Source: Candidatus Doudnabacteria bacterium (GTDB taxonomy: Bacteria > Patescibacteriota > JAQUNI01). Taken from it: DNA of 64,000 nucleotides. The translations under genes were made by a program, and so were the position numbers. The notes beneath the pieces were generated by a model. It made no database searches. It was not told the origin of the DNA and worked only from the letters and a program-made list of their open reading frames with translations. Positions 27,110 through 36,340 of this stretch are shown here, in pieces. How positions within the stretch are numbered: position 1 is the first letter of the stretch; every line of letters begins with the position of its first letter. Location: positions 9,189 through 73,188 of the forward strand of contig JBAZQX010000004.1 in NCBI GenBank assembly GCA_041644975.1, read 5' to 3'.

Positions 27110-27290
27110 ACGAAACTTGCCTGTACTTTTTGAAGTTACGATGAATAATGCCATCCTTCGTTCTAATGAACTACGGAGGGCAAGCCTTCCTTTGCTCTAG
27201 TGAATTATGGCGGATAAACCCGCCTTCTCCGCCTTAGGTGGATTCGGCGGGCAAGTCCACCTTCGCTCTGGTGAGCTATGGCGGATACAA
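27110..27290 (+). repeat. Four degenerate tandem repeats of about 36 bp (…ccttcg(c/t)tcta(a/g)tga(a/g)(c/t)tatggcgga…) immediately upstream of corA
   Basis: gcaagccttcctttgctctagtgaattatggcggat / gcaagtccaccttcgctctggtgagctatggcggat etc. Confidence 0.6.
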
Positions 27291-27293
27291 AAA

Positions 27294-28238
27294 ATGAAAA
27301 CTAAAAAAATCAAAATCATTAAATCTTATAATCTGACTTGGTATGATCTGGAAACGCCGGGAGAAAAAGAATATAAATTTTTACGGGAGCGTTTTCAATT
27401 TCACCCCCTAGATATTCAAGACTGCGTTTCGCCGGTGCAACGTCCTAAGATTGAAGAATATAATCACTATATTTTTTTAGTTGTCCGTATCCCTTTCTAC
27501 CAAAAGGAGGAAAGAGTCATCCGCGCTTTGGAGATAGATATTTTTGTGGGACAAAATTATCTCGTTACCGTGCATCAGGGTAAAAGCACCACCTTGAAAG
27601 ATTTTGTCCGCGAATGCCAAAATTATCGCGCGATTCGGGAAAAATATTTTCAATTTGGACCCGGCTTCTTATTATATGAAATCTTAAATCGGATGTTTGA
27701 CCGCTGTTATTCTCTTCTGGATGCCGTAGGCTCTGAAATTGACCGCGTAGAAAATCAAATGTTCAAAGGCCAAGAAAGGGAAATCGTGGAAATTATCGCC
27801 GGCATCAAGAGAAATGTGATTAATTTCCGCAAGATTATGAAAGCGCACGGACCACTGATGAAAAAATTGATCAACAGCGAAAAATTCTTTCTGAATTTAA
27901 ACGGCGCGCGCTTTAACAACAAGGAAATTCTTTTTGACAATCTTTTTGACAAGATTCAAGACATCTGGGACATCCTTGACGGCCACACGGAAACGATCGC
28001 CGCTTTAGAGACGACGAATGAAAATCTGATTTCTCATCGTTTAAACGAAATTATGAAGACCTTGACCGTTGTTTCGTCTATATTGCTGCCCGCCGCTTTA
28101 ATCACCCAAATTTTTGGAATGTCCTATGAATCAGCCCCGTTGCTTACGACCGGCGGCGGCTTATTCGTTGTCTTTTTATTAATCCTCTTCACACCTATTT
28201 CGCTGATTGTCATCTTTAAAAAGAAAAAATGGTTGTAA
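27294..28238 (+). CDS. corA: CorA-family Mg2+/Co2+ transporter
   Basis: 314 aa from ATG 27294. C-terminal two TM helices with FGMSYE (GMN-like) motif. Confidence 0.75.
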   Translation: MKTKKIKIIKSYNLTWYDLETPGEKEYKFLRERFQFHPLDIQDCVSPVQRPKIEEYNHYIFLVVRIPFYQKEERVIRALEIDIFVGQNYLVTVHQGKSTTLKDFVRECQNYRAIREKYFQFGPGFLLYEILNRMFDRCYSLLDAVGSEIDRVENQMFKGQEREIVEIIAGIKRNVINFRKIMKAHGPLMKKLINSEKFFLNLNGARFNNKEILFDNLFDKIQDIWDILDGHTETIAALETTNENLISHRLNEIMKTLTVVSSILLPAALITQIFGMSYESAPLLTTGGGLFVVFLLILFTPISLIVIFKKKKWL

Positions 28239-28342
28239 AATCTATTGACTTACGTTATATTACAAAGGCAGCTTTTTAAAAAATAGCTGTCTTTATTTGT
28301 TATGTGCCGTTGACAACAAATACCGGAAAGGAGGGATAACTG

Positions 28343-29035
28343 ATGCACCTTGTAAAAACTACAGCAGCACTCCATATGGGTTCCGAGCTAATCGGTAGAG
28401 TACATAAAACCCAAGGAAGATTCGTATTCAGGATTGTGCGCGCGATCCACAAATGGCCAATTTTGAAATGGATCACGGCGGACATATTGACGGCGATGCG
28501 TTTGGTAATTGCCCTTATGAATGTTTTGCTCTTTATTTTAGGAATAAGATGGGGCTTAACCCATTTTCTCCCCCTTCTGTTAAGCCTCACTATCATTGCC
28601 TACGCGTCTGACTTTTTTGACGGACAATGGGCTCGCGTGGAAGCAGAGGAAGGGACAAAGAAAAAAGATACAGATTTTGGCTCTTGGTTTGACAATACGG
28701 CGGACAAGGCCGTATGCATACCAAGTATGTTTTTCATAATGTACTTACAAAGGGCCTATCTGGCGCCCATTACAATGCTGATTATAGATATCGCTCTAGG
28801 AATCTTCCGCTGGATGATTGCTCGGAGATACAAAATGCAACTTCGAGCCAACCATTACGGAAAGTTCAAAACCTGGCTGCAGGGTTTTAGTATCAGTTTT
28901 GTCTTGGCAGACTACCTTATTCCGGGTATTGGGCAGGTGGGATATTATATCCTGCTCTATGGAGCTATCCCTGTAGGCATATTAAGCTTCCTGAAACATT
29001 ATCAAAATGTATATCCTCAAATTAAGGGAGTGTAA
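28343..29035 (+). CDS. CDP-alcohol phosphatidyltransferase family protein (PgsA-like); true start possibly downstream
   Basis: Signature DFFDGQWAR…FGSWFDNTADK (D-G-x2-A-R…G-x3-D-x3-D). Confidence 0.7.
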   Translation: MHLVKTTAALHMGSELIGRVHKTQGRFVFRIVRAIHKWPILKWITADILTAMRLVIALMNVLLFILGIRWGLTHFLPLLLSLTIIAYASDFFDGQWARVEAEEGTKKKDTDFGSWFDNTADKAVCIPSMFFIMYLQRAYLAPITMLIIDIALGIFRWMIARRYKMQLRANHYGKFKTWLQGFSISFVLADYLIPGIGQVGYYILLYGAIPVGILSFLKHYQNVYPQIKGV

Positions 29036-29257
29036 AACGGGCTTTGAAACAAAGGCCCTTTTTTTTATCAATTTAATGAGGTAAAATAGGAGAAGAGTTA
29101 AAAATTATTCTAATTATTCTAATTATTCTAAATAATGACCAAATCTTGAATTACCCAATAATCTAACTTGATGATTGATTTTGTTTATTGGGATTTAGGC
29201 ATTGGGGCTTATTTAGGTCAATTAGGTTAATTAGAGCAATTAGAAATTTACAAATTT

Positions 29258-30697
29258 ATGCTTCAACTCTACAACACTCTAACCAAGAAAAAAGAAACAT
29301 TTATACCTCTGCATCGTGGCAAAGCAACGATGTATACCTGCGGTCCAACGGTTTATAATTACGCCCACATTGGCAATTTTCGCGCCTATTTAACCGCGGA
29401 TATTTTGCGCCGTTTTTTAGAATATTCAGGCTATGAAGTAAAAAACGTAAAAAATATTACCGATGTGGGACACTTAACGTCTGATTCCGACACTGGCGAG
29501 GATAAAATTGAAGCAACCGCAAAAAAGAAAAAATTGGATCCTTATGAGATCTCCTATTTTTACATGGAAAAATTTTTAGAGGATGAGGCACGGCTTAATA
29601 TCCTCCCGGCGCACAAATATCCCCGCGCCACCGCGCATATTCAGGAAATGATTAAAGCAATCGCCAGTTTAATCAAAAAGGGTTATGCCTATGAAAAAAA
29701 TGGCAATGTATTTTTTGATGTTACGCGCTTTAAAGATTATGGCAAATTATCCGGCAACACTTTGGAAAAATTAAAACAAGGAGCGCGGATTGAGCCCCAT
29801 CCGGATAAGAAAAATCCTTTTGACTTTGCCCTCTGGAAAAAAGCGGAAAAGGACCATATTATGCGCTGGGAATCACCTTGGAGCGTTGGCTACCCGGGCT
29901 GGCATATTGAATGTTCGGTAATGAGCATGGAATACCTTGGCGAAACATTAGATATTCACACTGGCGGAGAGGATAATATCTTCCCCCACCACGAAGATGA
30001 AATCGCCCAATCAGAAAGTTTAACAGGCAAACCCTTTGTCCATTATTGGGCGCATACAAGCTGGCTCCTTGTGGACAACGAAAAAATGAGCAAATCGCGC
30101 GGTAACTTTTACACTTTGCGCGATCTTGTTAAACTTGGCTACTCGCCGATGGCTTTCCGGCTTTTGGTCTTGCAATCGCACTACAAAAGCCATCTCAATT
30201 TCACCCATGGGGCGATTGACGCGGCGCAAGAAGGCTTACAAAAAATATACGATTTTACAGAAACTATGCTCTTATCCGGCGAACACGAAAAAGGCGGCGC
30301 TTCGCCCCAAGCAATCCGAAAGTTGATAAAGGAATACGAAAAAAAATTCATAGAAGCGCTGAACGACGATTTAAATACGCCCCAAGCCGTAGCCGTATTA
30401 TTTGATTTTATACGAAAAATTAATAATCTCGCTCCTCTGCGCAAGCGCGAAGCAAAGCCGATTTATAAATTTATATTACATTTGGATCGGGTTTTGGGGT
30501 TGGGAATAGACAAAGTGGGTCAAAAAAAGCAGGAAATTCCAGAAAAAATAAAAAAGATGGCAGAGGAAAGAGAAAAGGCGCGCGAGGCAAAAGATTTCGC
30601 GCAAGCGGATAACTTGCGAAAGGAGATAAAAAAGGCCGGATTTCTGATCCGCGATACAAAGAAAGGCGCGATTTTGACTAAAAAAAGAGGGCACTGA
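29258..30697 (+). CDS. cysS: Cysteine--tRNA ligase
   Basis: HIGN (class I HIGH variant), zinc-binding Cys residues, KMSKSRGN. Confidence 0.9.
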   Translation: MLQLYNTLTKKKETFIPLHRGKATMYTCGPTVYNYAHIGNFRAYLTADILRRFLEYSGYEVKNVKNITDVGHLTSDSDTGEDKIEATAKKKKLDPYEISYFYMEKFLEDEARLNILPAHKYPRATAHIQEMIKAIASLIKKGYAYEKNGNVFFDVTRFKDYGKLSGNTLEKLKQGARIEPHPDKKNPFDFALWKKAEKDHIMRWESPWSVGYPGWHIECSVMSMEYLGETLDIHTGGEDNIFPHHEDEIAQSESLTGKPFVHYWAHTSWLLVDNEKMSKSRGNFYTLRDLVKLGYSPMAFRLLVLQSHYKSHLNFTHGAIDAAQEGLQKIYDFTETMLLSGEHEKGGASPQAIRKLIKEYEKKFIEALNDDLNTPQAVAVLFDFIRKINNLAPLRKREAKPIYKFILHLDRVLGLGIDKVGQKKQEIPEKIKKMAEEREKAREAKDFAQADNLRKEIKKAGFLIRDTKKGAILTKKRGH

Positions 30698-30711
30698 TGG
30701 AATAGTGCCCA
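30679..30711 (-). terminator. Minus-strand intrinsic terminator (gggcact…agtgccc + T-run) overlapping the cysS 3' end
   Basis: 7-bp stem and CTTTTTTT on the minus strand, downstream of the small ORF 30731-30910. Confidence 0.5.
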
Positions 30712-30730
30712 AATTAAGGAACAAACTTCA

Positions 30731-30910
30731 CTAGGCGAATAGGTTTTGCCTATATGCATTTTTTATGATATCCGCAAGGTAAGCTGGAAGTATAAACAGC
30801 ACTACTAAAACAATCACCAAAACAACCAAGAGAATACCAAGATACACTAACAGTGGTCCCAGCAATAACCAAAACCAGTATTCTGCAAAAAAATTCAAAA
30901 ATTTTTTCAT
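30731..30910 (-). CDS. Small (59 aa) membrane protein, not in the supplied ORF track
   Basis: MKKFLNFFAEYWFWLLLGPLLVYLGILLVVLVIVLVVLFILPAYLADIIKNAYRQNLFA. Strong SD GGTGGTGAGGAGAGG directly upstream and its own terminator. Confidence 0.5.
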   Translation of the reverse strand: MKKFLNFFAEYWFWLLLGPLLVYLGILLVVLVIVLVVLFILPAYLADIIKNAYRQNLFA

Positions 30911-30951
30911 CCTCTCCTCACCACCTTTTATCTTGATTCAGAATCTTAAAA

Positions 30952-32034
30952 TTAGGACAGGGGTGGGTAGAAAAAGAATAACTGGACGTGGGGATTGCCT
31001 ACAATCGTATACTCGTGCCCTGCCAGACAAGCAGGCATCATTAGGGTCACGCCCGGTTTTAAATAAAGATCGGAACCGAACCCTTTCAAATATCCGCTCC
31101 CAGAAGTCACGGCTATTCCGTAGAAGCCTTCTTTACATATCTCAACCTCTGAATTAACCGTAAGGCGAGAAGCGCCAAAGAATTGCCCCGTATTCTCTGG
31201 CAGGATGTCGCATTCGTTATTTCCGCCTTCCGTCCAGATGGTGCGGGGCTTCATAAACACTTCACTTTCAAACTTTTTCTTGTTGAAATAGCTAAAGTCA
31301 AGAGAATCTAGGGCTGTTTCCCAGTCCAATCCTAATAGCCCGTCGGCAGCACGAGGCAGACCAAGCATCTTCCACTCGGCAAAGATACTCCAGTCCGTCG
31401 GTTCCTGCGGCTCAAGGACGCAACAACCTATCAGCGAATGCGGCACTCCCGCTGGAATATAGAAGATATCCCCCCCAATTTCTGGTTCATAGATGAACAT
31501 GCAGCTACGCATCCCGTTCCCATTTTGATCCCGATACCATTCAGTAATGTCACGGCGAGTGATCTGACGGTCCCAGCCTACCCATACCTTGGCATCTCTC
31601 CTCGTTGCTATAATAATCCAGGCTTCCGTCTTCCCAAAAGGAGAGTTTAAATACTTTTGCGCAAATTTGCGATCCGGATGCCAGTGGACGGGGATATAGC
31701 TTGCTGTGTCAAAAATCTTTACTAAAATCCCCAGTGCCTGCCCCCATTTTACTAAATGATTGGGTCCTAACATTTCGGCTGGGAATTGCGCAATCAGTTC
31801 AGTTAAAAGGACAGTGCCGCCCCCAGGAAGCGCAACCCGCCCAATCCCCTCGTGGGGCTCATTCGTTCTTCCTGGCGTCATTGCCTTGTTCGTAGATAAA
31901 AACCAGCCCTCCGGGCGGCGATCATCCCGGGGACTAGGTTCGCCAAAGAATTGCGCCCTTAGTTTTCCACCCTGGTAACAATGCGGAAAAACACTGGGGA
32001 CCAGAACCAACGGACGTTCTAATAGACTTCCCAT
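30952..32034 (-). CDS. manA: Mannose-6-phosphate isomerase, class I (cupin, Bacillus ManA/YvyI-like)
   Basis: VHWHPDRKFAQKYLNSPFGKTEAWIIIAT matches the type I PMI zinc-site motif (QVHPDD…GKTECWYI). Confidence 0.7.
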   Translation of the reverse strand: MGSLLERPLVLVPSVFPHCYQGGKLRAQFFGEPSPRDDRRPEGWFLSTNKAMTPGRTNEPHEGIGRVALPGGGTVLLTELIAQFPAEMLGPNHLVKWGQALGILVKIFDTASYIPVHWHPDRKFAQKYLNSPFGKTEAWIIIATRRDAKVWVGWDRQITRRDITEWYRDQNGNGMRSCMFIYEPEIGGDIFYIPAGVPHSLIGCCVLEPQEPTDWSIFAEWKMLGLPRAADGLLGLDWETALDSLDFSYFNKKKFESEVFMKPRTIWTEGGNNECDILPENTGQFFGASRLTVNSEVEICKEGFYGIAVTSGSGYLKGFGSDLYLKPGVTLMMPACLAGHEYTIVGNPHVQLFFFYPPLS

Positions 32035-32123
32035 CTTGGACCTCCTTGAAAGAGAGTTATTGGTTTATAGCGTTGTGAAAAAGAGCCCTCTAGAATCTAA
32101 AATTCTAACACTGTTTTGTAAAA

Positions 32124-33173
32124 ATGTCTAATTTTCATTGGCAAAAACTCACCAAACCCTTTATTTGTCTGGCGCCCTTGGCCGGGATCTCTGACTCCCC
32201 TTTTCGTCAAATCTGCAAGGAATTTGGCGCGGATGTGGTTTTTACTGAAATGATTTCCGCTGAAGGACTTAGCCGTGAGCAAAATAAAACTCTAGAGCTC
32301 ACCGCTTTTTCTCCCAAAGAACGACCTATTATCTTGCAACTCTTTGGTAAAAATCCAGAGAGTTTTGGACGCGCCGCGCAAGTGATTCAGAATTTATCGC
32401 CTGGGAAAAAACCAGATGGCGTTGACCTGAATCTAGGTTGTCCAGCGCGTAAAGTAAAAACTCACGGTTCGGGAATTTCCTTAATGCGCGATCCTGGTCT
32501 CGTTAATAAAATTATTGCCGCAATCACCGCGCATACCGATCTGCCGCTCTCCATTAAAATCCGCGCGGGAATTGGGAAAGAAGGGATTAAAGCGGCGAGT
32601 TTCGCTTCAAAAATCAACTGGCAAAAACTAGCCGCCGTTACTGTCCATGGCCGTTATTTAGAACAAGGATTTTCCGGACCCATTGATTATACGGAGATTA
32701 AAAAAATCAAAAGGATTGTGGGTGATAAAACCGTGATTGGAAATGGGGGGATTAAGGACTTAAGAAGCGCCCAAATAATGTTAAAAAAAACGGGAGTTGA
32801 TGGCGTAATGATTGGCAAAGGAGCTTTGGGGAGACCGTGGGTTTTTGAAAAAATTAAAAAAGCCTTAAAAAGAAAGACCCCTCCTAGCCTCCCCTTGCCA
32901 AGGGGAGGAAGAAATACTCTCCCCCTTGGTAAAGAGGGTAGAAAAGAGAGGGTCTTCGCCCCTTCATTACCAAACACAATAAAAACCGCCCTCAAGCACG
33001 CAAGATTGATGATTAAACTCAAAGGCGAAGAGAAGGGAATACGGGAAATGCGGAAACACCTTTTATGGTATTTCCACGATTTTGAGGGCGCCAAAGGAAC
33101 AAGGAAAAAACTTACTAAAATTGAAACATTTAGAGACTTGGAGGACACTCTCCTTTATCTTCCCAGTAATTAG
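32124..33173 (+). CDS. dus: tRNA-dihydrouridine synthase (DusB-like) carrying an in-frame insertion of about 35 aa derived from a palindromic repeat
   Basis: CLAPLAGISDSPFR…, LNLGCPARKV, FMN-binding TIM barrel. Inserted PPSLPLPRGGRNTLPLGKEGRKERVFAPSLP is encoded by repeat 32873-32958. Confidence 0.85.
   Translation: MSNFHWQKLTKPFICLAPLAGISDSPFRQICKEFGADVVFTEMISAEGLSREQNKTLELTAFSPKERPIILQLFGKNPESFGRAAQVIQNLSPGKKPDGVDLNLGCPARKVKTHGSGISLMRDPGLVNKIIAAITAHTDLPLSIKIRAGIGKEGIKAASFASKINWQKLAAVTVHGRYLEQGFSGPIDYTEIKKIKRIVGDKTVIGNGGIKDLRSAQIMLKKTGVDGVMIGKGALGRPWVFEKIKKALKRKTPPSLPLPRGGRNTLPLGKEGRKERVFAPSLPNTIKTALKHARLMIKLKGEEKGIREMRKHLLWYFHDFEGAKGTRKKLTKIETFRDLEDTLLYLPSN
32873..32958. repeat. RPE-like palindromic element (gacccctcc…caaggggagga…cccccttg…gagggtcttc) inside the dus coding region
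   Basis: About 80% identical to 48068-48153. Arms are mutually complementary. Confidence 0.8.
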
Positions 33174-33331
33174 CCGCAACAATCATAGCGCAAAAAATTA
33201 CGGCTAAAAGAATGATGAGCAACCTTATTATAAGCATGATCCTACCCTCTTTCTTTGATAAATGCGCCCTTTGAATCCCTTCCTTTTCTATGTTATACTA
33301 AAATGAATTAGCAGGCAAAATCTAGAAGCCT

Positions 33332-34690
33332 ATGGCCAGAACACAAAATCAAAAAGAAATAGAAAAAATGCCGCCTCAAAATATTGAAGCCGAAAAATCG
33401 GTTTTAGGGGCGGTGATGCTTGATCAAGACGCAATCATAAAAATCGCGGACACGATTAATGCCCAAGATTTTTATGTGGAAAAAAACAAGCAAATTTTTG
33501 AAGTAATGCTTGAGCTCTATGAAAAACGAGAACCAATTGACATCTTAAGCCTATCTAACTGTCTAGAAAACAAAGGCACATTAAAAGAGCTGGGGGGCTC
33601 AACGTATTTAACAAGCCTCGTGAATAGCGTGCCTAGCGCCGCGAATATTTTGCATTATGCAAAGATTGTTCGGGAAAAAGCGACCTTGCGCAGACTCATC
33701 CAAACTGGTCAAAAGATTGTGGAGTTAGGATATCTGGAAGAAGAGGATTTAGAAAAATTATTAGATAAAGCAGAGCAAGGGTTGTTTGCCGTTTCCCAGA
33801 AATATTTAAAACACAATTTCATTCCCATTCAGAGTATTTTAACCGAGGCCTTTGACCGCATTGATGAACTCCACAAACAGAAGGGCAAGCTCCGCGGCTT
33901 GCCGACAGGCTTTACAGATTTAGATAATCTTTTGGCGGGTTTGCAAAATTCTGACCTCATTGTCCTCGCCGCCAGACCTTCAATGGGGAAAACCTCTTTA
34001 GCCCTGGATATTGCCCGCCAAGTAGCCACACAAACGAAAGTGCCGGTTGGCATCTTTAGTTTGGAAATGAGTAAAGAACAGCTTGTGGACCGTCTCCTCT
34101 GCGCTGAAGCAGGCGTGGACCTTTGGAAGATGCGCACCGGTAAAATTAAAGAGGATGAATTCCCATATATTGGCGAGGCAATGGGCATTTTGGCGGAAAC
34201 GCCAATCTTTTTAGACGATTCCGCAACCAGTAATATTATGGAAATCCGCACCAAAGCCCGCCGTCTGCAGATGGAGCATAAAGTGGGACTCTTAATCATT
34301 GATTATTTGCAGTTGATGGAGGGCCGCACAACCGACAATCGGGTGCAGGAAGTTTCGGAAATCTCCCGCAACCTAAAGGCAATCGCCCGAGAACTCAATA
34401 TCCCCGTTCTCGCTTTGTCCCAGCTCTCGCGCGCCGTGGAATCGCGCTCACCAGCCATTCCTCAACTTTCTGATTTACGCGAATCGGGCAGCATTGAACA
34501 AGATGCCGATGTGGTAATATTTATCTATCGGGAAGTAATGTATAGGCGGGAAACCGAACGCGCCAATATTGCCGACATCTTTATTAAAAAACACCGTAAT
34601 GGTCCCACTGGCCAACTGGAACTTTATTTTAACGAAAATCAAGCCTCATTTAAAAATCTAGACAGACAACACAGCGAACTAACTACCTAA
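33332..34690 (+). CDS. dnaB: Replicative DNA helicase DnaB
   Basis: N-terminal PQNIEAEKSVLGAV, Walker A ARPSMGKTS, IIDYLQLM, RecA-like C-terminus. Confidence 0.9.
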   Translation: MARTQNQKEIEKMPPQNIEAEKSVLGAVMLDQDAIIKIADTINAQDFYVEKNKQIFEVMLELYEKREPIDILSLSNCLENKGTLKELGGSTYLTSLVNSVPSAANILHYAKIVREKATLRRLIQTGQKIVELGYLEEEDLEKLLDKAEQGLFAVSQKYLKHNFIPIQSILTEAFDRIDELHKQKGKLRGLPTGFTDLDNLLAGLQNSDLIVLAARPSMGKTSLALDIARQVATQTKVPVGIFSLEMSKEQLVDRLLCAEAGVDLWKMRTGKIKEDEFPYIGEAMGILAETPIFLDDSATSNIMEIRTKARRLQMEHKVGLLIIDYLQLMEGRTTDNRVQEVSEISRNLKAIARELNIPVLALSQLSRAVESRSPAIPQLSDLRESGSIEQDADVVIFIYREVMYRRETERANIADIFIKKHRNGPTGQLELYFNENQASFKNLDRQHSELTT

Positions 34691-34947
34691 CTGTCATTTC
34701 GCGAGCGACCTGCCTCGGGCGGACTTCGTCACGTCGAAGGCTCTAACTTAGTCCAGCCGAAGGCGGACTCCTCGCATATTATAGACCTTTTACAAAATAA
34801 CCTTTTCTACTGCAATTGCCAGATTTCGGCTGCAAATGTTTCAGGGCTCGTTGCCGTATTTTAACCAAATACGGCTTCCTCGCCCTTCAACATTTTCGCT
34901 CGAAATCTGTCAATTTCGTAACGAAAAATTATTTCACAAAAGGTCTT

Positions 34948-35229
34948 ATGTTTGACTCTCTCAAGAATCTCAACCAATTAAGACAACAAGCCAAAAAAAT
35001 CAAAGAAGAATTAGGTAAAGAAGTTTTGATCGGCACCGCGGAAGATGGCAAAATTCAAATCACGATGGACGGCAACCAAGAGGTGAAGGCTGTGCGCATA
35101 GAACCGGATTTGCTTATTTCCGAAAACAAGGAAAAAATTGAAAAAGGCATCAAAGAAGCGATTACCCAATGTATTACCCAGATGCAAATGGCAATGGCGC
35201 GGAAAATGCAAAACGGCGGTTTATTTTAA
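34948..35229 (+). CDS. ybaB: Nucleoid-associated protein YbaB/EbfC
   Basis: 93 aa from ATG 34948. LMKQAQKMQ-like QLRQQAKKIKEEL…GKIQITMDGNQEVKAVRI pattern. Confidence 0.8.
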   Translation: MFDSLKNLNQLRQQAKKIKEELGKEVLIGTAEDGKIQITMDGNQEVKAVRIEPDLLISENKEKIEKGIKEAITQCITQMQMAMARKMQNGGLF

Positions 35230-35262
35230 TTACCATTTTGAAATTATTCTCATTCTTCTTGA

Positions 35263-35481
35263 TTTGGAGGTCAAGCCTGCCGGCAGGCAGGCGAAGGCTT
35301 GACACTGGAGGTCGTGTGTCTGAAGATCTGGCATAGCCATGAAAAGCGCGACACGAGTAGCTGTCAGACTCTCGCCCGCCTGCCATCGCCTGTTGGTGAA
35401 GCCAATGGCGGGCAGGTCTGACCTCCAAGGCACGATACGGTTAATTAGACTAATTAGACATTAGGTTAATTAGAAATTTCT
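35263..35481. repeat. GC-rich mosaic repeat E (copy 1) ending in ggttaattagactaattagacattaggttaattagaaatttct, directly upstream of the recR ATG
   Basis: Shares cctgccggcaggcaggcgaaggc, gcgcgacacgagta, gtcagactct and the 35-bp taattag block with 61141-61288. Confidence 0.75.
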
Positions 35482-36087
35482 ATGTCTCTTCTTCCCCAAT
35501 CCATAAAAGATTTAATAGATGAATTTGCCAAGCTACCCGGCATCGGTCCTAAGACCGCGGCTAGGCTTACTTTTTATTTATTGAAACAGCCGGATCAAGA
35601 ACTGGAGCGTTTTGGCGAAACCTTGCAAAATCTAAAGCAAAAAATCAATCTTTGCCCCACTTGCTTTACATTGGTTCAAAATAACTTCTGTCCTTTTTGC
35701 GATAATGTTAACCGCGATTCTAATCTAATCTGCGTAGTGGAAGAACCATTGGACATTATTGCCCTAGAAAAAACTAAAGAATACCGCGGGCTTTACCATG
35801 TCCTCCACGGTATCATTTCACCGATGGACGGAATTGGACCCGAACACTTAAAAATCCCCGAGCTAATCTCCCGTATTAAAAAAAATAAACCCGAAGAGAT
35901 TATCATCGCGACCAACCCCTCTCTTGAGGGAGAGGCAACGGCGATGTATCTTCAACGAGTTTTAAAAGATTTTAAGATCAAACTTACCCGCCTTGGCCGG
36001 GGATTGCCCACAGGCGGCGAATTGGAATACGCGGATGAAATTACCTTGATTAACGCTCTGCAAGGGCGGAGAGAAATAAAGCTATAA
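35482..36087 (+). CDS. recR: Recombination protein RecR
   Basis: HhH LPGIGPKTAARL, C4 zinc finger CPTCFTLVQNNFCPFC, TOPRIM/Walker-B region. Confidence 0.9.
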   Translation: MSLLPQSIKDLIDEFAKLPGIGPKTAARLTFYLLKQPDQELERFGETLQNLKQKINLCPTCFTLVQNNFCPFCDNVNRDSNLICVVEEPLDIIALEKTKEYRGLYHVLHGIISPMDGIGPEHLKIPELISRIKKNKPEEIIIATNPSLEGEATAMYLQRVLKDFKIKLTRLGRGLPTGGELEYADEITLINALQGRREIKL

Positions 36088-36144
36088 TACAAAATGTAGA
36101 GACGCAAATCATCGCGCCTCTACAACATATTGATTCTATTTTTT

Positions 36145-36190
36145 GTAGAGACAGGTTTCAAATTGGTCTCTACAATTTTTTTATTTTTTA
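36145..36190 (+). terminator. Intrinsic terminator after recR (gtagagac…gtctctac + T-run); a second similar hairpin just upstream
   Basis: 8-bp perfect stem followed by TTTTTTTTATTTTTT. Confidence 0.6.
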
Positions 36191-36193
36191 TTT

Positions 36194-36340
36194 ACCCCAT
36201 TAGAGAAAGTTCATCCTGTTACAAATAAATTTGTAACGGGACACGCTGACAAAGTCGGTGGCGGGGAAGATATAGACGCTGACGGTGGTTTAATGCTACC
36301 GTCAGCGGAAACCGTTAGAGAACGAAGTTCTCTAACGGGG
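36194..36340. repeat. Nested-hairpin element (CCCCATTAGAGAA…TTCTCTAACGGGG) with inner cctgttacaaataaatttgtaacggg and gctgacggtggtttaatgctaccgtcagc hairpins
   Basis: Closest relative is 61867-61994, which shares the outer arms and the gttacaaat…atttgtaac inner hairpin. Confidence 0.75.

Noticed and set aside
30952-32034. manA looked GC-rich, suggesting horizontal transfer
   Set aside because: By eye its composition is similar to other core genes (typA, cysS, mreB region). The real compositional outlier is the AT-richer 5.5-23.4 kb accessory segment.
32687-33148. 153-aa minus-strand ORF inside dus
   Set aside because: Antisense to a well-supported dus gene; its product is dominated by translation of the palindromic repeat (PLAPSKSWKY…LPRGRVFLPPLGKGRLGGVF).
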